From: an uncultured virus (IMG/VR IMGVR_UViG_3300034102_001074)
Lineage: Duplodnaviria; Heunggongvirae; Uroviricota; Caudoviricetes
Virus record (IMG/VR): IMGVR_UViG_3300034102_001074
DNA length: 64,000 nucleotides
Reading direction: 5' to 3' (one strand)
In this document: positions 1 to 10,900 of the stretch, in pieces
How the letters are laid out: the number at the start of each line of letters is the position of its first letter
Position numbering within the stretch: position 1 is the stretch's first letter
Position numbers and translations under genes: made by a program
Notes under the pieces: generated by a model
Databases searched by the model: none
The model's input: only the letters and a program-made list of their open reading frames with translations
What the model was told of the DNA's origin: nothing

Positions 1-1340
1 AACCCACGGTTTCTAAGATCTAAAATATAATTTTTTACATCCTTAAAGTCTACAGTTTTATCTGCAGTTGGTGTCCACCATCTAACAGCATCAACAACAA
101 CTAATGGGTTAATTACATCATAGTCATTAAATGTTGTAATCTTTACAAACTTTTCAACGTGAGCCAAAGCAACTGCACAGTGGTCATGCTTTTGTGCAAG
201 GTCAACGTGAATAAAATATTCTTTGTCATCGTCTGGTACAAACCACTCTGCAAATCTTCCGCTCTCATCTATTGCAAGTGATGGCTGATTAAAACATGCT
301 TCAATTTTTTCCTTTGATCTAAAGAATGCATCCACTGCATCTGGAGGCATACAGGCAAATCTTGACAAAGCATCTGTAGGGTTTGTGTAAAACTGAATCT
401 TAAAATCTTCTATTTTTCTTGTTGGATTTATTTCCCATGTTGGTCTGCGTAGGGCAAACACTTTAGGAAACTTGTAGGCACTAATGTGATCTTCTTCCCA
501 CTGAATAGTAAACTCGTTATTTGAATCTTCAACCTCTAGTGTTTCATCTAGCTTAAAGGTATGTTCACGAATAGTTGTTTCTTTGGCTGCAATCACTGCA
601 TCATACCTTTGCTGAATGTAGTCATTGCGATATCTTGGGAATGATAGCAAAACTACTTTGCCAAAATCTGGGAAACGAGAATCTACAGAGGCACGATACA
701 TATCGTAAATTGCCTGACCAGTTTTTGCTTGATCATGACCCGTTGTGTTATCAATGGCAAAGCCAGAGATCTCATCAAGAATTACACAAAGGACGTTGTA
801 CCCCTCCCAGGATTCTCTTTCAGAGTGTCCTGAGTGGCAAGTAATTCCCTTATCAAAACTTACCGAACCTGCAGTGTAAGAATACTTTCCTTGAAACCAA
901 GGAGACTTATCAATTCTATTTTTTAAACCCTTAAAGAAAACATTCTTTGCTTGCTCAGCATTAATAGCAATATTAAGAATATCGATAGAGTCGCCTGGAG
1001 GTTTTCCGTAATACTTTGCAGGATCCTTTAAACATAAAAGAAGATATACCATGTAAGAAACAGAAATGGTTGACATGTAGTCCTTACCAGAACCTTTACC
1101 AAGCTGCAATACTACTTCATTACAAGTTTGCTTTGATATCTTAGTTCCCTCTTCTTGACCAAAAACATTAATCAAAGTTTCTTTTTTATAAATTTGACTC
1201 ATTGCTTTAATTGCAGTGTACTGATAATCAGAAAGCGGTGGTAGACCAAGGTAATCTCTAGAGGTTACAAACTCTTCTAAATTTACTGGCTTCTCGTCAA
1301 ATTCATCTCCGCCAAGGAGATCAATCATATCTTCAAACAC
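1..1340 (-). CDS. terL: Terminase large subunit (3' end runs off the window)
   Basis: Not in the ORF track. Manual translation from GTG at 1340 (overlapping the TAG of the upstream gene) gives MFEDMIDLLGG..., with Walker A LGKGSGKD, Walker B VILDE and nuclease-domain HVDLAQKHD. Reads open to the window edge. Confidence 0.92.
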   Translation of the reverse strand, partial: MFEDMIDLLGGDEFDEKPVNLEEFVTSRDYLGLPPLSDYQYTAIKAMSQIYKKETLINVFGQEEGTKISKQTCNEVVLQLGKGSGKDYMSTISVSYMVYLLLCLKDPAKYYGKPPGDSIDILNIAINAEQAKNVFFKGLKNRIDKSPWFQGKYSYTAGSVSFDKGITCHSGHSERESWEGYNVLCVILDEISGFAIDNTTGHDQAKTGQAIYDMYRASVDSRFPDFGKVVLLSFPRYRNDYIQQRYDAVIAAKETTIREHTFKLDETLEVEDSNNEFTIQWEEDHISAYKFPKVFALRRPTWEINPTRKIEDFKIQFYTNPTDALSRFACMPPDAVDAFFRSKEKIEACFNQPSLAIDESGRFAEWFVPDDDKEYFIHVDLAQKHDHCAVALAHVEKFVKITTFNDYDVINPLVVVDAVRWWTPTADKTVDFKDVKNYILDLRNRG

Positions 1341-1858
1341 TAGAGTGCCTCTGCTTGTCCTGTTATCTTACTTAACCTTGAAGAAACTTGAGGCTTACAT
1401 TTTTCGCAAGACGAAACAACATCTCTAATAATCTCAACAAGCATCTGTTGCTTTTCTTCTGTTTCAATAATTTGTTCTGCTAGTTCGTTGTTGTCTAGCA
1501 CACCTGCTTTTTGTAGCATGTCCATTTGTTTTTGTTGAATATCAGCAATTAGTTTTAAGGCTGATGTTTTTTGTGGTAACTGTGCAGTAAGGTCTGCTTG
1601 CTCTACTACATCCCAGGCTTCTTTAATAAGCATTGAGTAGTGCTGATCTGCACCTGCAAGAGCTTCTCTGGCTCGCATTTGAATCTGTCTATCACTTTGA
1701 ATAACTGTACGCCACTCATTTAGGTACTCAGTTACTTGGGATCTTTTAAATCCAGTGATTGTAGCAATATCGTTAGGGTTTGTGTTTCCACGAAGGAACT
1801 CCTCAACAACCTTGTTGATTCTTTCCCAACGCTCTGCTAGCTCAATTTCCGCTGCCAT
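1340..1858 (-). CDS. Probable terminase small subunit (N-terminal HTH, helical)
   Basis: 172 aa directly upstream of terL and coupled to it; HTH-like NPNDIATITGFKRSQVTEYL followed by coiled-coil. Confidence 0.65.
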   Translation of the reverse strand: MAAEIELAERWERINKVVEEFLRGNTNPNDIATITGFKRSQVTEYLNEWRTVIQSDRQIQMRAREALAGADQHYSMLIKEAWDVVEQADLTAQLPQKTSALKLIADIQQKQMDMLQKAGVLDNNELAEQIIETEEKQQMLVEIIRDVVSSCEKCKPQVSSRLSKITGQAEAL

Positions 1859-2120
1859 TCTTCTTAATCCTTTTCTTCTTAGGTTTAATTATACCCTTTA
1901 AATCCCACAAATAAAAGGACCTATATCCAGTGGGACCAATAACATCAATCCATTCCATACCAGAATCGGTGTTCTTTACATACTTTTCAAACTTAAAGTC
2001 TCCACGAACATTCTTTATTTTAAGAGGTGTTCCTGGAACAATTAGGTCTTTGCCATGCTGGTGTTCAAACTTTACATCCCAGTTTGGATTATACTTAATT
2101 ACAGTTTTTGTTTTAGCCAT
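1842..2120 (-). CDS. Hypothetical protein (small beta-rich, basic C-terminus)
   Basis: 92-aa ORF overlapping both neighbours in a coupled operon. Confidence 0.7.
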   Translation of the reverse strand: MAKTKTVIKYNPNWDVKFEHQHGKDLIVPGTPLKIKNVRGDFKFEKYVKNTDSGMEWIDVIGPTGYRSFYLWDLKGIIKPKKKRIKKNGSGN

Positions 2121-2293
2121 TATCTATATCCGCCAGCAGTTGGAGCCCATACAGAAACATTTCCAAGAGTCCAACTCCTAGTAAGAACATTACCACATTT
2201 TTCACATTGCTGATGGTCTCTATCGTCAACTTTAACATTTGGTTTTTCAATAGAGTTATCACAGGTTACACAAGTGTATTCATAGGTGGGCAT
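2120..2293 (-). CDS. FmdB-like zinc-ribbon protein (57 aa)
   Basis: Not in the ORF track. MPTYEYTCVTCD...QCEKCG matches the MPxYEYxCxxC...CxxCG pattern; TAATG overlaps at both ends. Confidence 0.85.
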   Translation of the reverse strand: MPTYEYTCVTCDNSIEKPNVKVDDRDHQQCEKCGNVLTRSWTLGNVSVWAPTAGGYR

Positions 2294-2535
2294 TATCTTC
2301 CTTCCAGCCTATTAATTTCATCATTAATATAAAAGATTGCCTTTTGCAAATCTTCTATTTGTTTTTTGTCATCCTTAATTCCAGCTCTCCAAAGATACTT
2401 AAAAGCATTACCAATGTTAAAGTTTCTATGACGTGTAATTTGAATGCACTCAACTCCAGATGGATCAGTTGTGTAGTGTGCAGGATGATTTACTTGATCT
2501 ACCTCAATATGAAACTTATCCTCATACTCGTGCAT
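2293..2535 (-). CDS. DUF3310 family protein
   Basis: VNHPAHYT...ECI...FNIGNAFKYLWRAGIK...EDLQKAIFYI is the characteristic signature. Confidence 0.85.
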   Translation of the reverse strand: MHEYEDKFHIEVDQVNHPAHYTTDPSGVECIQITRHRNFNIGNAFKYLWRAGIKDDKKQIEDLQKAIFYINDEINRLEGR

Positions 2536-3204
2536 CTAATTTTCCATTCTTCTGTAAAGATCTTTTAAACCTTTTAGTGTACCAATATCCATGTATTCTC
2601 CGTCATTTCTAACTGCTTGAATATTAAACCTTGATGTTATCCACTCCTGAATTTGTTCTCCTGGATGGTTTCTACTTGGGTCTACATATCTTATCATATT
2701 TTTTCGGAAAAGTAAAGTGCCCCACAAATATTCATAGTCGCAATCATTTGTTTTATCTTTTGAAGCTACTACTTTATTGTCTCGTAAAGATACCTGACCA
2801 ACTCTTCCTCTAAGTTCTTCTGGACAATTCCAAACTCCTAAAACTAAGTCTGCGTTGTCTTGATTTTTCATAAGCTCTGAGTAAATGTTCTTTGTTGAAT
2901 TTAAGATATAAGTGTCAGGCATTCCAATAAGCACAGTGTCATTATAGTCGCCTATCATAAAATCAATTGCGTCAGACATGGTTGAGGGCTCTCTAACAAT
3001 AAGCTTTATGTTCATGTCCATGTTTTGAATAATTGGAACCCACTCAGGTCGTGTTGATACACGAACCTCATCACATACCTCAAGCATTTGATTTACATGC
3101 CACTGCAACAAACATCTATCATCACTAATAGGCAAACAAAATTTTGGTATTCCACCAATCCTAGATGCCTTTCCTGATGCAGGAAGAACTCCAACTGTAG
3201 GCAT
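2536..3204 (-). CDS. Sugar-phosphate nucleotidyltransferase (RmlA/NTP_transferase-like)
   Basis: N-terminal GVLPASGKASRIGGIPKFCLP, internal IGMPD and C-terminal YMDIGT motifs. Confidence 0.85.
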   Translation of the reverse strand: MPTVGVLPASGKASRIGGIPKFCLPISDDRCLLQWHVNQMLEVCDEVRVSTRPEWVPIIQNMDMNIKLIVREPSTMSDAIDFMIGDYNDTVLIGMPDTYILNSTKNIYSELMKNQDNADLVLGVWNCPEELRGRVGQVSLRDNKVVASKDKTNDCDYEYLWGTLLFRKNMIRYVDPSRNHPGEQIQEWITSRFNIQAVRNDGEYMDIGTLKGLKDLYRRMEN

Positions 3205-3962
3205 TACTCTTTCCAGTCTTTTGGATCAAACCCATCTTTATAGGATTGGTTTACTAGTGGGTCTGCCTTCCAAGCAATGTATCCTTCTTTGCGACCAGTA
3301 TCTCCCCAGTATAAATGCTGAACGTATCTATCAAGCAAGCACCTTGCCTTGTCTCCAGAAAAAGCAAAGAACCTATTTTCTTGTGCTAGTTTAGACTCAT
3401 TATACTCTGCTGCCTTTAATCTTAAGTCACCTTCGTGTGGTGGAAGCCCCATTGAGTTCATTAGGCTATCTGTAAACATTGCAACATCTGTATAGTAATG
3501 AACCATGTTAGGAATGCTCCAGTCCCCCAGCTTTACTCTTTCAACACATAAATCCATTGCATCTTTTAAGAATGGATGACCTGATCTTGCTGCAATAACT
3601 TGTGTTGCATACCAAGGTGTGTCTCCTTCAATATCAACTACCATTTCATATCCTTGTGGGAACCATCTAGAAATTTTACTAATACAGTTTGTATCTAAGT
3701 CTGCATAAACTCCACCATAAGCATGTAAGATTGCAAATCTCCAAAGTCCAGCTTTCATAACGCCCATTGGCATTTTCATGTAAGTGTCGTAAACCTCTGT
3801 GCTATATTCATATTTAAAGAAGTGTTCTCTATCTTCTGCACTCATATAGTTGTGCTCCCAAGAAGGATTTTGAGTCACCCAAGAGTTTATTCCTTCTAGT
3901 GCATATGCTGGTAAATCTTCTTTTTTACATTCATAGGTTTGCCAAATATTTTTTTCAATCAT
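3204..3962 (-). CDS. Glycosyltransferase, GT32/OCH1-like (DXD)
   Basis: IEKNIWQTY, SWVTQNPSWEH and WRFAILHAYGGVYADLD motifs. Start set at ATG 3962 (ATGA overlap with the upstream gene). Confidence 0.85.
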   Translation of the reverse strand: MIEKNIWQTYECKKEDLPAYALEGINSWVTQNPSWEHNYMSAEDREHFFKYEYSTEVYDTYMKMPMGVMKAGLWRFAILHAYGGVYADLDTNCISKISRWFPQGYEMVVDIEGDTPWYATQVIAARSGHPFLKDAMDLCVERVKLGDWSIPNMVHYYTDVAMFTDSLMNSMGLPPHEGDLRLKAAEYNESKLAQENRFFAFSGDKARCLLDRYVQHLYWGDTGRKEGYIAWKADPLVNQSYKDGFDPKDWKE

Positions 3963-4123
3963 CGTGACCACTTTCTTTGATTTCTAATTAGGTCAAACTC
4001 TACTAAATATCTATAGACTGTTTGATGACTAGTCTCACACTCTTTGGCAATTTCTTCAATAGTTTTTCTATCAATAATGTATCTTTTTGTAAGCCAGGTT
4101 TTTGACTGATAAAGTTTTTTCAT
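3959..4123 (-). CDS. Small HTH DNA-binding protein (54 aa)
   Basis: Not in the ORF track. MKKLYQSKTWLTKRYIIDRKTIEEIAKECETSHQTVYRYL...; ATGA overlaps at both ends. Confidence 0.8.
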   Translation of the reverse strand: MKKLYQSKTWLTKRYIIDRKTIEEIAKECETSHQTVYRYLVEFDLIRNQRKWSR

Positions 4124-4689
4124 GATCTCTCCGTAAGTTTATTATATGCGTAGTAGGCAATTCCAATAGCATCACCAGTGTCGTTATCTGTAACACTTAT
4201 GTTAAACTTATTATTAAAGTAGTCCATTGTTTTTTGCTTTCTATTCTCTCTTATTTTACCCTTATACCAACTATCAGTCTTGTCTGGAAACTGTAGTCTA
4301 ATGTTAGCCTTGTCTGCTTTAGTTGGATTATTGTTTCCAATAAAGGATTGCCATTGAATTGGAGCAACAGTAATTACTTTTGTTTCAGGTTTTAGTAGTG
4401 CTGCTAATGAAGCACCAACGATCATAGCAATCTTTAGTCCTGCATCTGCTGACCTAACCATAATTGCAGATTCAACTGCAACGTAATCTGGATCCACCAG
4501 TGACGCAATAGCTTCCGACTTTCTATGAGCATCTTTAACCTTATCATAAATGTCAGCACCTACAATTGGCATCTTGCCAAATTTTACTGGCTTATCATTT
4601 TCAAACAAACAAAATGCTAGTGAGGCAGTTGAAGCATCAATTCCTAAAACTTTATGAGCACTAGACTTTTTTAGTACTGCTAATGACAT
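4120..4689 (-). CDS. RuvC-like Holliday junction resolvase
   Basis: VLGIDAST, VAVES and DTGDAIGIA acidic catalytic motifs; start reassigned to MSLAVL at 4689. Confidence 0.85.
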   Translation of the reverse strand: MSLAVLKKSSAHKVLGIDASTASLAFCLFENDKPVKFGKMPIVGADIYDKVKDAHRKSEAIASLVDPDYVAVESAIMVRSADAGLKIAMIVGASLAALLKPETKVITVAPIQWQSFIGNNNPTKADKANIRLQFPDKTDSWYKGKIRENRKQKTMDYFNNKFNISVTDNDTGDAIGIAYYAYNKLTERS

Positions 4690-4951
4690 TTGACATTGCC
4701 TCCATCGCCAAGTATCTTTTATTTTTTTTGTTTTTAGAATCACATACTGAGCAAGTGTCATCAGAGTTGTATCTACTCAAAGTTGATCCGCAACCACAAA
4801 GTCTTTCAAGACCGTTTAGCCTTGCTTTTTTCTGGTAGTACTTTTCCATAATTCTTTTGTTTGTTGCAATGCGACAGCATTCTCCAGAACAATATTTTTG
4901 ATTATGAGTTTTTGCATCAAACTTTAAGTTGCATTCTTTACATACTTTCAT
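4661..4951 (-). CDS. Cys-rich zinc-binding protein
   Basis: CKEC...YCSGEC, CGCG and CSVC motifs. Confidence 0.7.
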   Translation of the reverse strand: MKVCKECNLKFDAKTHNQKYCSGECCRIATNKRIMEKYYQKKARLNGLERLCGCGSTLSRYNSDDTCSVCDSKNKKNKRYLAMEAMSNVISSTKKV

Positions 4952-5724
4952 GCTTGTCTAATTTCTAATGGGACAATTTTGTGTCTTCCGTCAGGCTTTT
5001 CAAAACAAACTTCTTTAACTGGACAATAGGTGCATGGAGCTTTGTCTCCCTTAAATGGACGCTTGATGTTTTTCTTTTCTTCCCAAGCAGCACGAACTTC
5101 TTTCATCCAGTCAAAGATATAGTCTACATAATCTAAGTTTTCTGGTGACATTACCATTGGAATTACAGTAATCTCGTGAGTGTTCTTGTTCTCATACAAA
5201 AAGAATCCTTCTTCCGCACCAGTTACCTTCATGTAAATAAGCAATTGAACTACATGGCTATCTGCACCAGTTGAAGTATCTTTTCTTAGAGTATATTGGT
5301 CATCTTTAATTGTTTTAATTTCTCCAACAATCTCTTCACCCTCAACATCTAAAATTAAATCTATAAAGCCACGAATTGGTGGGCTGTCTAGTTTAATCTC
5401 ACGCTCTGATTCTTTTAGATATCCAGTTTTTGCAATAACCTTTTCAAGCCTTGTGTGTGCATCTGTACCGTTATCCATTGCAGCAACGCCTTGAGCGTTA
5501 AACGTTTCTTTAAAATCTGCACCGTCAAAAGCAATTGACCAATATCTAGGACACTTACCGTGACCATATCCAACTGTTGATGGAGAGAAGGTAGTTTTCT
5601 TTCTATGAATATATCCAGTTTTTCCTTCTAGGTAAGCTTTTCCAATTGCAAGTCTAAACTTTTTTGCATCCAGTTTTGTGTTTCTTGGCTTCTTTGTTAA
5701 TGTTCCAATTAAGTTTCTAGCCAT
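4948..5724 (-). CDS. Cas4-like / PD-(D/E)xK exonuclease
   Basis: KCPR, GTDAH, GFID...GEIKT, QLLIY and C-terminal CTYCPVKEVC (split Fe-S cysteines). Confidence 0.85.
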   Translation of the reverse strand: MARNLIGTLTKKPRNTKLDAKKFRLAIGKAYLEGKTGYIHRKKTTFSPSTVGYGHGKCPRYWSIAFDGADFKETFNAQGVAAMDNGTDAHTRLEKVIAKTGYLKESEREIKLDSPPIRGFIDLILDVEGEEIVGEIKTIKDDQYTLRKDTSTGADSHVVQLLIYMKVTGAEEGFFLYENKNTHEITVIPMVMSPENLDYVDYIFDWMKEVRAAWEEKKNIKRPFKGDKAPCTYCPVKEVCFEKPDGRHKIVPLEIRQA

Positions 5725-6053
5725 TATGCACCAAGCCTTGCAATATATTTTAGAGAGTCTACAAGCTTGTCTAATGAGTCACGCATAGAGTAGTACACAT
5801 GCTTTTTAGTATTGTTAATACTTCCAGAAGGTCCCTTTTCTACAGTTGTATACCACGTTGCAAGCATTCCAAACTTTGCACTCATAGCCTGTAACTTGCT
5901 AATTAAAACAACTGCTTGAACAGATGGAATGTCTGGCTTCATCATAATCTTAACAACAATAGCCATTGCCTCATCAAGGTCTTTATCTTTCATAAACTCG
6001 TGAATATCATTAAACTCAGTTACCTGACTAATATAATCAAGGGTTGATTCCAT
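5724..6053 (-). CDS. Hypothetical helical protein in recombination cluster
   Basis: 109-aa ORF coupled to its neighbours. Confidence 0.7.
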   Translation of the reverse strand: MESTLDYISQVTEFNDIHEFMKDKDLDEAMAIVVKIMMKPDIPSVQAVVLISKLQAMSAKFGMLATWYTTVEKGPSGSINNTKKHVYYSMRDSLDKLVDSLKYIARLGA

Positions 6054-6342
6054 TTGCTCTCTCCATTAAATCTTCTAGCATTGCCCATTCAATGACTGCT
6101 AGTCTTATCTTTTGTGTTTCTCCAATTGCCAACAGCAATGCTGGAGACTTAGTATTATCAGTTCTTAGTGTGTCAGTTACAATCTTTGCCCAAACATCTT
6201 GGTTTAAAGTAAAACTTTTTCCTGCTTCTTTTACGTCAACAATGAACTCGTCAAGTGATCCGTCACCTTTTTGATATTGACCACGACCAGAATTTTTATG
6301 TGCCTTAGCACCAATTCTTTTTAGTTCACCACGTTCGCTCAC
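6037..6342 (-). CDS. Small PD-(D/E)xK nuclease (Hjc-like resolvase candidate)
   Basis: SE...NSGRG...KGD...FIVDVKE pattern. Confidence 0.65.
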   Translation of the reverse strand: MSERGELKRIGAKAHKNSGRGQYQKGDGSLDEFIVDVKEAGKSFTLNQDVWAKIVTDTLRTDNTKSPALLLAIGETQKIRLAVIEWAMLEDLMERANGINP

Positions 6343-6527
6343 AGTTTAATTTCGTTTCTGTGATTGCTAGAACAAACATAAACTATTACCAATTCATCTT
6401 CGTTGAGCTTTGCCTGTCTTAAATGCTCATCACAATCCTGACACATAAATGTTCCAAAAATTGTGTCTACGCCAATATCTGCTTGTCTTTCTGAAGACTT
6501 TATAAAATCTTCTGGGTTAATGCTCAT
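6339..6527 (-). CDS. Small zinc-ribbon hypothetical protein
   Basis: CQDC...CSSNH; coupled overlaps with both neighbours. Confidence 0.65.
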   Translation of the reverse strand: MSINPEDFIKSSERQADIGVDTIFGTFMCQDCDEHLRQAKLNEDELVIVYVCSSNHRNEIKL

Positions 6528-7525
6528 AACTTGCTGTATACCATGCTTTCTAAAGTATCAAATACTGCTGGATTTTCTTTTACATAGTCAATAACTTTTG
6601 CACGACCCTGCAATCTTTGATCCATAATAGTATACCAGGCTCCACCACGTTCGATAATGCCCATCATTTCTGCAATGTCAACAAGGTCAGCTACTTTGTC
6701 TACCCCCACAACATCTCCTTGGAAATAAAAGTCATAGGACCCACTAATGAATTGTGGTCCTGTTTTATTATAGTCAATTGTCCAGTTTACTGGACGACCA
6801 ACACGTTGTTCAATTAGCTTATCTCCAATGGCAATCTTGTCTTTAATAGAAGATGCCTCTGACTCAGATGACCATAGTTTAATAATTGTGCTTGAGAAAA
6901 ACTTGACAGCCATTCCACCAGTTGGAATATGGGTTGCATGCATTCCTCCAAAACTATTACGTTGCTGTGAAATTAAAACAAGCAATGTATTTTTATTTGC
7001 ATAGTTCATCATTTTTACTGCATGAGTCATGTCTTTTGCCTCTGCACCAATTTGCTTAGTGTTTTCAAGAGACTTTAATTCTTCACCATCTTTTTCAAAA
7101 TAGATTGCAGGGAGTAGTGCTGAAATAGAGTCTACAACAACAAGATCAACCCCTGCATTCATCAAGTCAACAACTACGTCTACCATGTCATTTACAGACT
7201 TTGCTGCAGAATAAATCAATTTACTTGAATCTACTCCAAGCTTTTCTGCCCACTCAGGTGAGTACGATGCTTCAGAATCAATCCAGGCACAGGTCTTTCC
7301 TTCTTTTTGTGCCTCACCAATCATCTGCAAACAGAAAGAAGATTTACCTGCAGACTTATTCCCCCAAACTAAAACTTGACGACCATAACCCAGTCCACCC
7401 TTAAGCCCAACATTCAAGCTTAAACTTGGAGTAGGCTGTTTTTCAGTTTCTACTTCTGTTGCTTGCTGCACACGCTTTCTTGTCTTTGGATCTAGCCTTG
7501 ATAAAATATCTTCCATTGTTGTCAT
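6524..7525 (-). CDS. recA: RecA/UvsX-like recombinase
   Basis: Walker A WGNKSAGKS, WIDSE, VVVDS, ISQQR, TGG..VKF and IERGGAWY. Start reassigned to MTTMED at 7525, after a GGAG RBS. Confidence 0.93.
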   Translation of the reverse strand: MTTMEDILSRLDPKTRKRVQQATEVETEKQPTPSLSLNVGLKGGLGYGRQVLVWGNKSAGKSSFCLQMIGEAQKEGKTCAWIDSEASYSPEWAEKLGVDSSKLIYSAAKSVNDMVDVVVDLMNAGVDLVVVDSISALLPAIYFEKDGEELKSLENTKQIGAEAKDMTHAVKMMNYANKNTLLVLISQQRNSFGGMHATHIPTGGMAVKFFSSTIIKLWSSESEASSIKDKIAIGDKLIEQRVGRPVNWTIDYNKTGPQFISGSYDFYFQGDVVGVDKVADLVDIAEMMGIIERGGAWYTIMDQRLQGRAKVIDYVKENPAVFDTLESMVYSKL

Positions 7526-7559
7526 TTTATATCTCCATCTTGTATAAGCATCTATTATA

Positions 7560-7904
7560 TCATCCCAATACGCCATGCATTTTTGGACGTTGGCTATTAA
7601 TAATTGTCTTCTTTGTAACTACATCCTCAAGAGAGTCTTTGGCTTCTCCAGCCATTACAAGACCCTGGTACAAGTCAACTACACGAATAATAATATCCGC
7701 TAGCTCTTCTACAACCTCTTGTTGTCCCTTTTGCTTTCTAAGTGCTTCCAAGACTTCTGTTGCTTCTGAGTGAATCATTGCAATTTGTTTTGCAAAGAAA
7801 ATAAATGGGTCTGCCTTTGGCTCTACATTTTCATACATGTAGTCCCAAAATCCTTTTTCTGTTGCATTGTGATGTACGCTTCTTGCTAAATTATCTAAGT
7901 TCAT
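7560..7904 (-). CDS. MazG-like NTP pyrophosphohydrolase
   Basis: IHSEATEVLEALRK...EELADIIIR...N..RP.MHG signature. Confidence 0.85.
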   Translation of the reverse strand: MNLDNLARSVHHNATEKGFWDYMYENVEPKADPFIFFAKQIAMIHSEATEVLEALRKQKGQQEVVEELADIIIRVVDLYQGLVMAGEAKDSLEDVVTKKTIINSQRPKMHGVLG

Positions 7905-10900
7905 ACTCTTTCAAATCCTTTCACAGTGACTGAGCCACTTGATGTTGTGTTTAATACTGGCTTACAAACGCCACCAGGTTTCATCCTAACTAGCGATTCT
8001 GCATATGCAGTTGGAAATACTACGACACTGTATAGTTCTTTATCTTCATCAGCAAGTACTACGTTTGCCATCTTATCTCCCTTTTTTGTTTTTCTTGGAG
8101 TAAAACTAATAACCATGTATTCTTTATCTCCAAGACTCAATGTTCTTGACATTAAATATTTAATAAAAGGATTTGATGTGTCCTTTAAATCTTCTGGTGT
8201 AGCAAAGGCACCAATTCTATTGTCTGCAATTAAAAAGATGTACATCTTTCCAGCTTCAATAGTAGTTTCTGATCTATCAAAAACTCCAACACTACCTGTC
8301 TTGTCTACAACTTCAATACGACTCCAGCCATCACCACGCTTAATAGCCTTTACCATTCCAATTACAAGGAAGCAACCTTCTTCTTCATATTCTTCAATTG
8401 GTCTTGTGTATGCTTCAATCCATCTAGGAATGTCAGTATGAAATTCTGGGATGTTAAGGTACTCATAAAAATTTTTATTTTCTTCTCCAGTACGTTGGTT
8501 ATCATTAAATGCTGCAGCACCAACCTTGTTTAGTGCATCTATTGCACGACTGTTAATACCAGAACCTTTTTTATTTGCATGCTCCATAAACTCTTCATAA
8601 GAATAGAAGGGTCTTTTATCAACAATCTTCTTGCTAATATTTTCAGAAATGTATTTAATATTTCCTAGACCAAACCTAATTGACTTTTCTTCTAGGGTAA
8701 AGTCTAAGTCTGATTCATTAATGTGAGGAAGTCTAATTTTAATTCCCATACGCTTAGCTTCAATTAGATAGTCTGTGCGAGTATCTTTATCTTTTTCATT
8801 CTTAAGCAAAGAATACATAAACTCATGTGGGTAGTAACGCTTAATCCATGCAGACCAATATGAAAGCATAGAGTACGCAACAGCGTGAGACTTGTTAAAA
8901 GAATACCCAGCATGAGCTTCAAAGTCGTGCCATAAAGACTCTGCTTGTTTTTCTGTAATGTGCTTTGAAGCACCCTTAACAAATTGATCCTTAAACTTAT
9001 CAAACTCTTTAGCATCTTTTTTCTTACCAATAATTTTACGAACCTTGTCTGCTTCTGCCATAGACATTCCACCCAAATGCACACAAGCAAGCATTACCTG
9101 TTCCTGATACAAGATACACCCATAAGTATCTTTTGTAAAATCTTTTACAATATCGTGCAAATATTTTACTGGCTTCTTACCTTTTTTGCGAGCAATATAT
9201 TCTGCACCAATTGTATTCATGGCACCTGGACGAACTAAAGCATTTGAGGCAGCAAGTTCATCAAAGTTGTACACACCCATTTTTACAAGCAGGTTTGTAT
9301 AGGGAGTTGTTTCTGCTTGAAATACACCCTTAGTAAATCCTGCAGTTAAGTCTGCATACACTTCTCTATCTGTTAAATCAATCTTTCTTAGATCTAGTTT
9401 AACTCCCTGTCGCTCTTCAATCATATCCATAGCATCATGGATTACAGTCAGTGTCTTTAGACCAAGTGCATCAATCTTAATTAGACCAATGTCTGCAGCC
9501 TGTTCCATATCTACTGCTACTACTTGAACACGATCATCTGATTGCGTATCCTTGCGAGTTTCCATTGGAGCATATTTTGAAATATTATCTTTAGCAGCAA
9601 CAATACCAGCAGCATGCATTCCTGTTCCACGAACACGCCCACGAAGCCTTTCTGCGTACTTGACTACTTCTGGATACTTCTGTCTAAACTCAGCAGTGGA
9701 TTTATCGCTAATAAAATCATCCCATGTTTCAACACCCTTAAGTGCCTTATTAACTTCGGGCAAAGGAATATGGAAAACACGAGCAACGTCTCTTACAACA
9801 CCCTTATCCTTAAAGGTTAGGAATGTAGCAATAGATGCAACGTGCTTGTATTGCTCAGCAAGGTAGTCCTTTACTTGACCACGCTTTCTATCTTCATAGT
9901 CAGTATCAATGTCTGGAAAGTCGTTACGCTCTGGATTAATAAATCGAAAGAACAGTAAACCAAATTTAATTGGATCAACTTCTGTAATTTCAAGTGCATA
10001 GCAAACTAGAGAACCTGCTGCAGAGCCACGACCAGGACCAACAAAGATATTGTTATTCTTTGACCAGCCAATCATATCTGATACAACAAGAAAGTAAGAA
10101 GAAAAGTTTTTAGACTTAATAATTTCAAGTTCTTCTTTGAGCCTATCCAAATAAACTTTGTCTTCTCCAAACCCACGCTTTATCAAACCCTCCATAGCTA
10201 ATCTTTCAAGCTCTGAGTTAGGGTCTTTGTGGTCAACTGGAAGTAGGTCTAGATTTTCTTTTAAGTCATAGGAGCCAACTTTAGAACTAATCTCCATAGA
10301 GTTTTCATAAAGATCATCCCTATCAATTCCTTGGTCAATCATTTTGTCACGAACAGTTTTATGATCCATTAAGAATATGTCTAGGTCCTTAAACGACATA
10401 AAGCGATCACCATATAGGTAGTCCAGTCTTTCAATTAAGTCTTTAATCTTTCTACTATCATCAAATGTCGCTTCCTTTAAAACCTTTGGGTGCGTTCCAA
10501 GAATAAGCATGATTTCTTCTGCAATCTTATCTTCTGGAGAAGCATAGTGACAGTCTAAAGTTACAGTACTTTTAACTCCCATATCATCTGCTAGTTTTAA
10601 CATCTGTAAATTAAGCTCTGCAGGATTATGTGGCTGGAGTTCCATGTAAAAGTTATCTTTAAATACTTGCTTGAACCAATCTGTATGTCGTTTTGCTGCA
10701 TCCATGTTGCCATTTTGAATTGCCTTAGCAATAATGCTATTCATACATCCAGACAAAACAATTAAATCTTTTGAGTTTTCTTGCAGCACTTCAAAGTCAA
10801 TACGGGGCTTACTAAAGAATCCGTCATTCCACCCAATCTCTGAAAGCTTTGACAGGTTCTGCAAACCATTTTCATTTTGTGCTAAAACAATTAAGTGATT

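Noticed and set aside
4948..5724. Cas4-like gene as evidence of a CRISPR-Cas system
   Set aside because: Solo Cas4-like exonucleases are common in phage recombination modules; no other cas gene or array is present.
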